64,000 bases of DNA, taken from positions 1-64,000 of the forward strand of contig NIVC01000290.1 of NCBI GenBank assembly GCA_002269645.1, in the 5' to 3' direction. The DNA is from Macrostomum lignano. Its lineage: Eukaryota. The position numbers and the translations under genes are program-made. Of the stretch, positions 61,501-64,000 are shown in pieces (position 1 is the first letter of the stretch; each line of letters begins with the position of its first letter). Below the pieces are notes generated by a model that was not told the origin of the DNA, searched no databases, and saw nothing but the letters and a program-made list of their open reading frames with translations.

Positions 61501-63969
61501 AGATGCAGATTAGGCGAAGCAAAACTGACGCCTCGTTGGATTCGATGGAATGAGGGCTGCGTTGTGTGTAGGGGATGTAGTTACACGTGATGAAGGTTGA
61601 AGGCTGGATTATTAGACAGGTGAGCAGCTGATGAGGCGGCAATGAAGCCGTGTCTACATGTATCTGAGTCAGGAAGGAGGAGACTGCGATCGGGTGCCAA
61701 CAGACAGTGACTGGCGGGACTCAGAGAGGGAAGAGAACAGGGGGAGGGGGGAAAGGAGAGGGAAGGAGATGTAGAGAGAGGTGTGAGACGTAGATAGAGG
61801 AGTGAGATGTAGATAGAGGTGTGAGATGTAGATAGAGGTGTGAGATGTAGAGAGAGGTGTGAGATGTAGAGAGAGGTGTGGGATGTAGAAGAGAGGTGTG
61901 AGATGTAGAGAGAGGTGTGAGATGTAGAGAGAGGTGTGGGATGTAGAGAGAGGTGTGGGATGTAGAAGAGAGGTGTGAGATGTAGATAGAGGTGTGAGAT
62001 GTAGATAGAGGTGTGAGATGTAGAGAGAGGTGTGAGATGTAGAGAGAGGTGTGGGATGTAGAAGAGAGGTGTGAGATGTAGAGAGAGGTGTGGGATGTAG
62101 AGAGAGGTGTGAGATGTAGAGAGAGGTGTGAGATGTAGAGAGAGGTATGAGATGTAGAGAGAGGTGTGGGATGTAGAGAGAGGTGTGAGATGTAGAGAGA
62201 GGTGTGAGATGTAGAGAGAGGTGTGGGATGTAGAGAGAGGTGTGAGATGTAGAGAGAGGTGTGGGATGTAGAGAGAGGTGTGGGATGTAGAAGAGAGGTG
62301 TGAGATGTAGAAGAGAGGTGTGAGATGTAGAGAGAGGTGTGGGATGTAGAAGCGAGGTGTGAGATGTAGAGAGAGGTGTGGGATGTAGAAGAGAGGTGTG
62401 AGATGTAGAGAGAGGTGTGAGATGTAGAGAGAGGTGTGGGATGTAGAGAGAGGTGTGAGATGTAGAGAGAGGTGTGGGATGTAGAGAGAGGTGTGAGATG
62501 TAGAGAGAGGTGTGAGATGTAGAGAGAGGTGTGAGATGTAGAGAGAGGTGTGAGATGTAGAGAGAGGTGTGGGATGTAGAGAGAGGTGTGAGATGTAGAG
62601 AGAGGTGTGGGATGTAGAGAGAGGTGAGATGTAGAGAGAGGTGTGAGATGTAGAGAGAGGTGTGGGATGTAGAGAGAGGTGTGAGATGTAGAGAGAGGTG
62701 TGAGATGTAGAGAGAGGTATGAGATGTAGAGAGAGGTGTGGGATGTAGAGAGAGGTGTGAGATGTAGAGAGAGGTGTGAGATGTAGAGAGAGGTGTGGGA
62801 TGTAGAGAGAGGTGTGAGATGTAGAGAGAGGTGTGGGATGTAGAGAGAGGTGTGAGATGTAGAGAGAGGTGTGGGATGTAGAGAGAGGTGTGAGATGTAG
62901 AGAGAGGTGTGAGATCTAGAGAGAGATGTGAGATGTAGAGAGAGGTGAGATGTAGCGAGAGAGGTGAGATGTATAGAGAAGTAGTGAGGGAAAGAGGCGA
63001 AGAAGGAAAAGCTTCCTAAATGCAGGAAGATTTAGCTAAGTATGGGGTCTGGCATCAGTCTATTCTCACTGCCACATCCTTCCCAGGCAGCAGCAGGCAG
63101 CAGCTTCTCGCTTTTCCGCTTTGTTTCCTGGATCCCCCCCCCCCGAGACTAGTGGTTAAAAGTGCTGTGATAACAGAGCAGCCCGGCGGCCCCAATGCTC
63201 CCGCAATCGTGGGCTCCTCTGCTTGCCGGAACCCGCCGCGCCCCTGGCTAATTGCAGCCCCGGGGCCTGTCGGAGACTCTCGGGCCGCCTGACGCACGTG
63301 AGAGCCGGGAAAGGTGATAATAAACAGACAAGAAACGCGAGAGATTTCCTGCGTTTGTAGCTCTACAATGTGTGGGAAATCGGGCAGAAGTGTCTGAGCG
63401 GCAGGTGCTGGAAATGGTGCGGATGGCTGAGTTTGCGGCTCGAAGGCCATCCAACAAAAATGGAATCCCCAAATCGGTAACAGCACAAGGGGAATCCCCC
63501 AAATAGATAAACGCACAAGGGGAATCCCCCAAAACGGGAACCGCACAAGGGGAATCCCCCAAAACGGGAACCGCACAAGGGGAATCCCCCAAAACGGGAA
63601 CCGCACGGGGGAATCCCATAAAGGCGGTAGCTGCACGGGGGAATCCCCCAAAGACGGTAGCTGCACGGGGGAATCCCCCAAAGACGGTAGCTGCACGGGG
63701 GAATCCCCCAAAGACGGTAACTGCACGAAGGAATCTCGGACTCACCCGCACCGGTCTGCCGGCAGGGGCGAAGCGGTGCATGATCTGCTCGGAGATGGTG
63801 TGCATGATGAGGATCCAGCCCAGGTTCATGTACCGCATCATGCTCATACGCAGCTGGCGCACAGTCTCAAAGGTTTCCTTGGTGCCCGTGAGAATGCCGT
63901 AGGCGAAGAAGGCGATGCGGTTCATCCAGGGGATGTTGAGGTACATCTGCCACCACCGCCCGATCACGC
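58530..63969 (-). CDS. Bestrophin Ca-activated anion channel, 3' part. Exons 63969-63746, 61003-60677, 60016-59825, 59510-59403, 58964-58530 (5' exons lie beyond the window)
   Basis: RWWQMY..IPW; RYMNL; YWLPLQWA; IPLVYTQ|[10 protein letters not shown]; FPVFTVFQ|[23 protein letters not shown] (Ca clasp). The four internal junctions are phase-0 GT-AG. An extra exon near 63050-63300 cannot be excluded. Confidence 0.93.
60140..60625. repeat. Polypyrimidine/polypurine (CT-only) low-complexity tract in a bestrophin intron
   Basis: Direct inspection. Confidence 0.95.
61015..61335. repeat. ~12-bp minisatellite (aggatgggtgtc)n abutting a bestrophin acceptor
   Basis: Direct inspection. Confidence 0.95.
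61770..62980. repeat. ~19-bp minisatellite (gtgtgagatgtagagagag)n
   Basis: Direct inspection. Confidence 0.95.
63488..63730. repeat. 30-bp minisatellite (ggggaatcccccaaagacggtagctgcacg)n starting just after the bestrophin donor at 63745
   Basis: Direct inspection. Confidence 0.9.
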
Positions 63970-64000
63970 CTGCGGGCGAGATTTGAGGACGGTTAACTTT

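Overview
Eukaryotic (metazoan) genomic DNA with GC-rich exons, GT-AG introns and about 35 different locus-specific micro/minisatellite arrays. This style resembles the flatworm Macrostomum lignano; that is an inference, not a database result. Ten protein-coding loci can be assembled by hand: the 3' part of PCM1 (+), Smad4 (+), two head-to-head DEG/ENaC channels (-/+), a C-type-lectin-like/mucin membrane protein (+), an ankyrin-repeat TRPM-type channel (-), a MEX-3-like KH protein (-), mitochondrial ribosome recycling factor (+), a 3CxxC (RTP/ZAR1-like) protein (-), a tyramine/octopamine-type GPCR (-), plus the 3' part of a bestrophin (-). Mobile elements are an internally deleted Ty3/Gypsy LTR element inside a DEG/ENaC intron, a 1.8-kb foldback-like element and hAT-type MITEs. 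The most striking observations are: (1) a TRPM-type pore module whose N-terminus is ankyrin repeats plus a CARD-like helical segment instead of the usual MHR1-3; (2) tandem arrays that begin almost exactly at splice sites or stop codons, some amplifying the splice signal itself; (3) five + strand frameshifts that are each repaired by adding one C (most likely assembly error, testable); (4) a ZAR1/RTP-like protein with a prion-like N-terminus. No CRISPR array, rRNA or tRNA was found.
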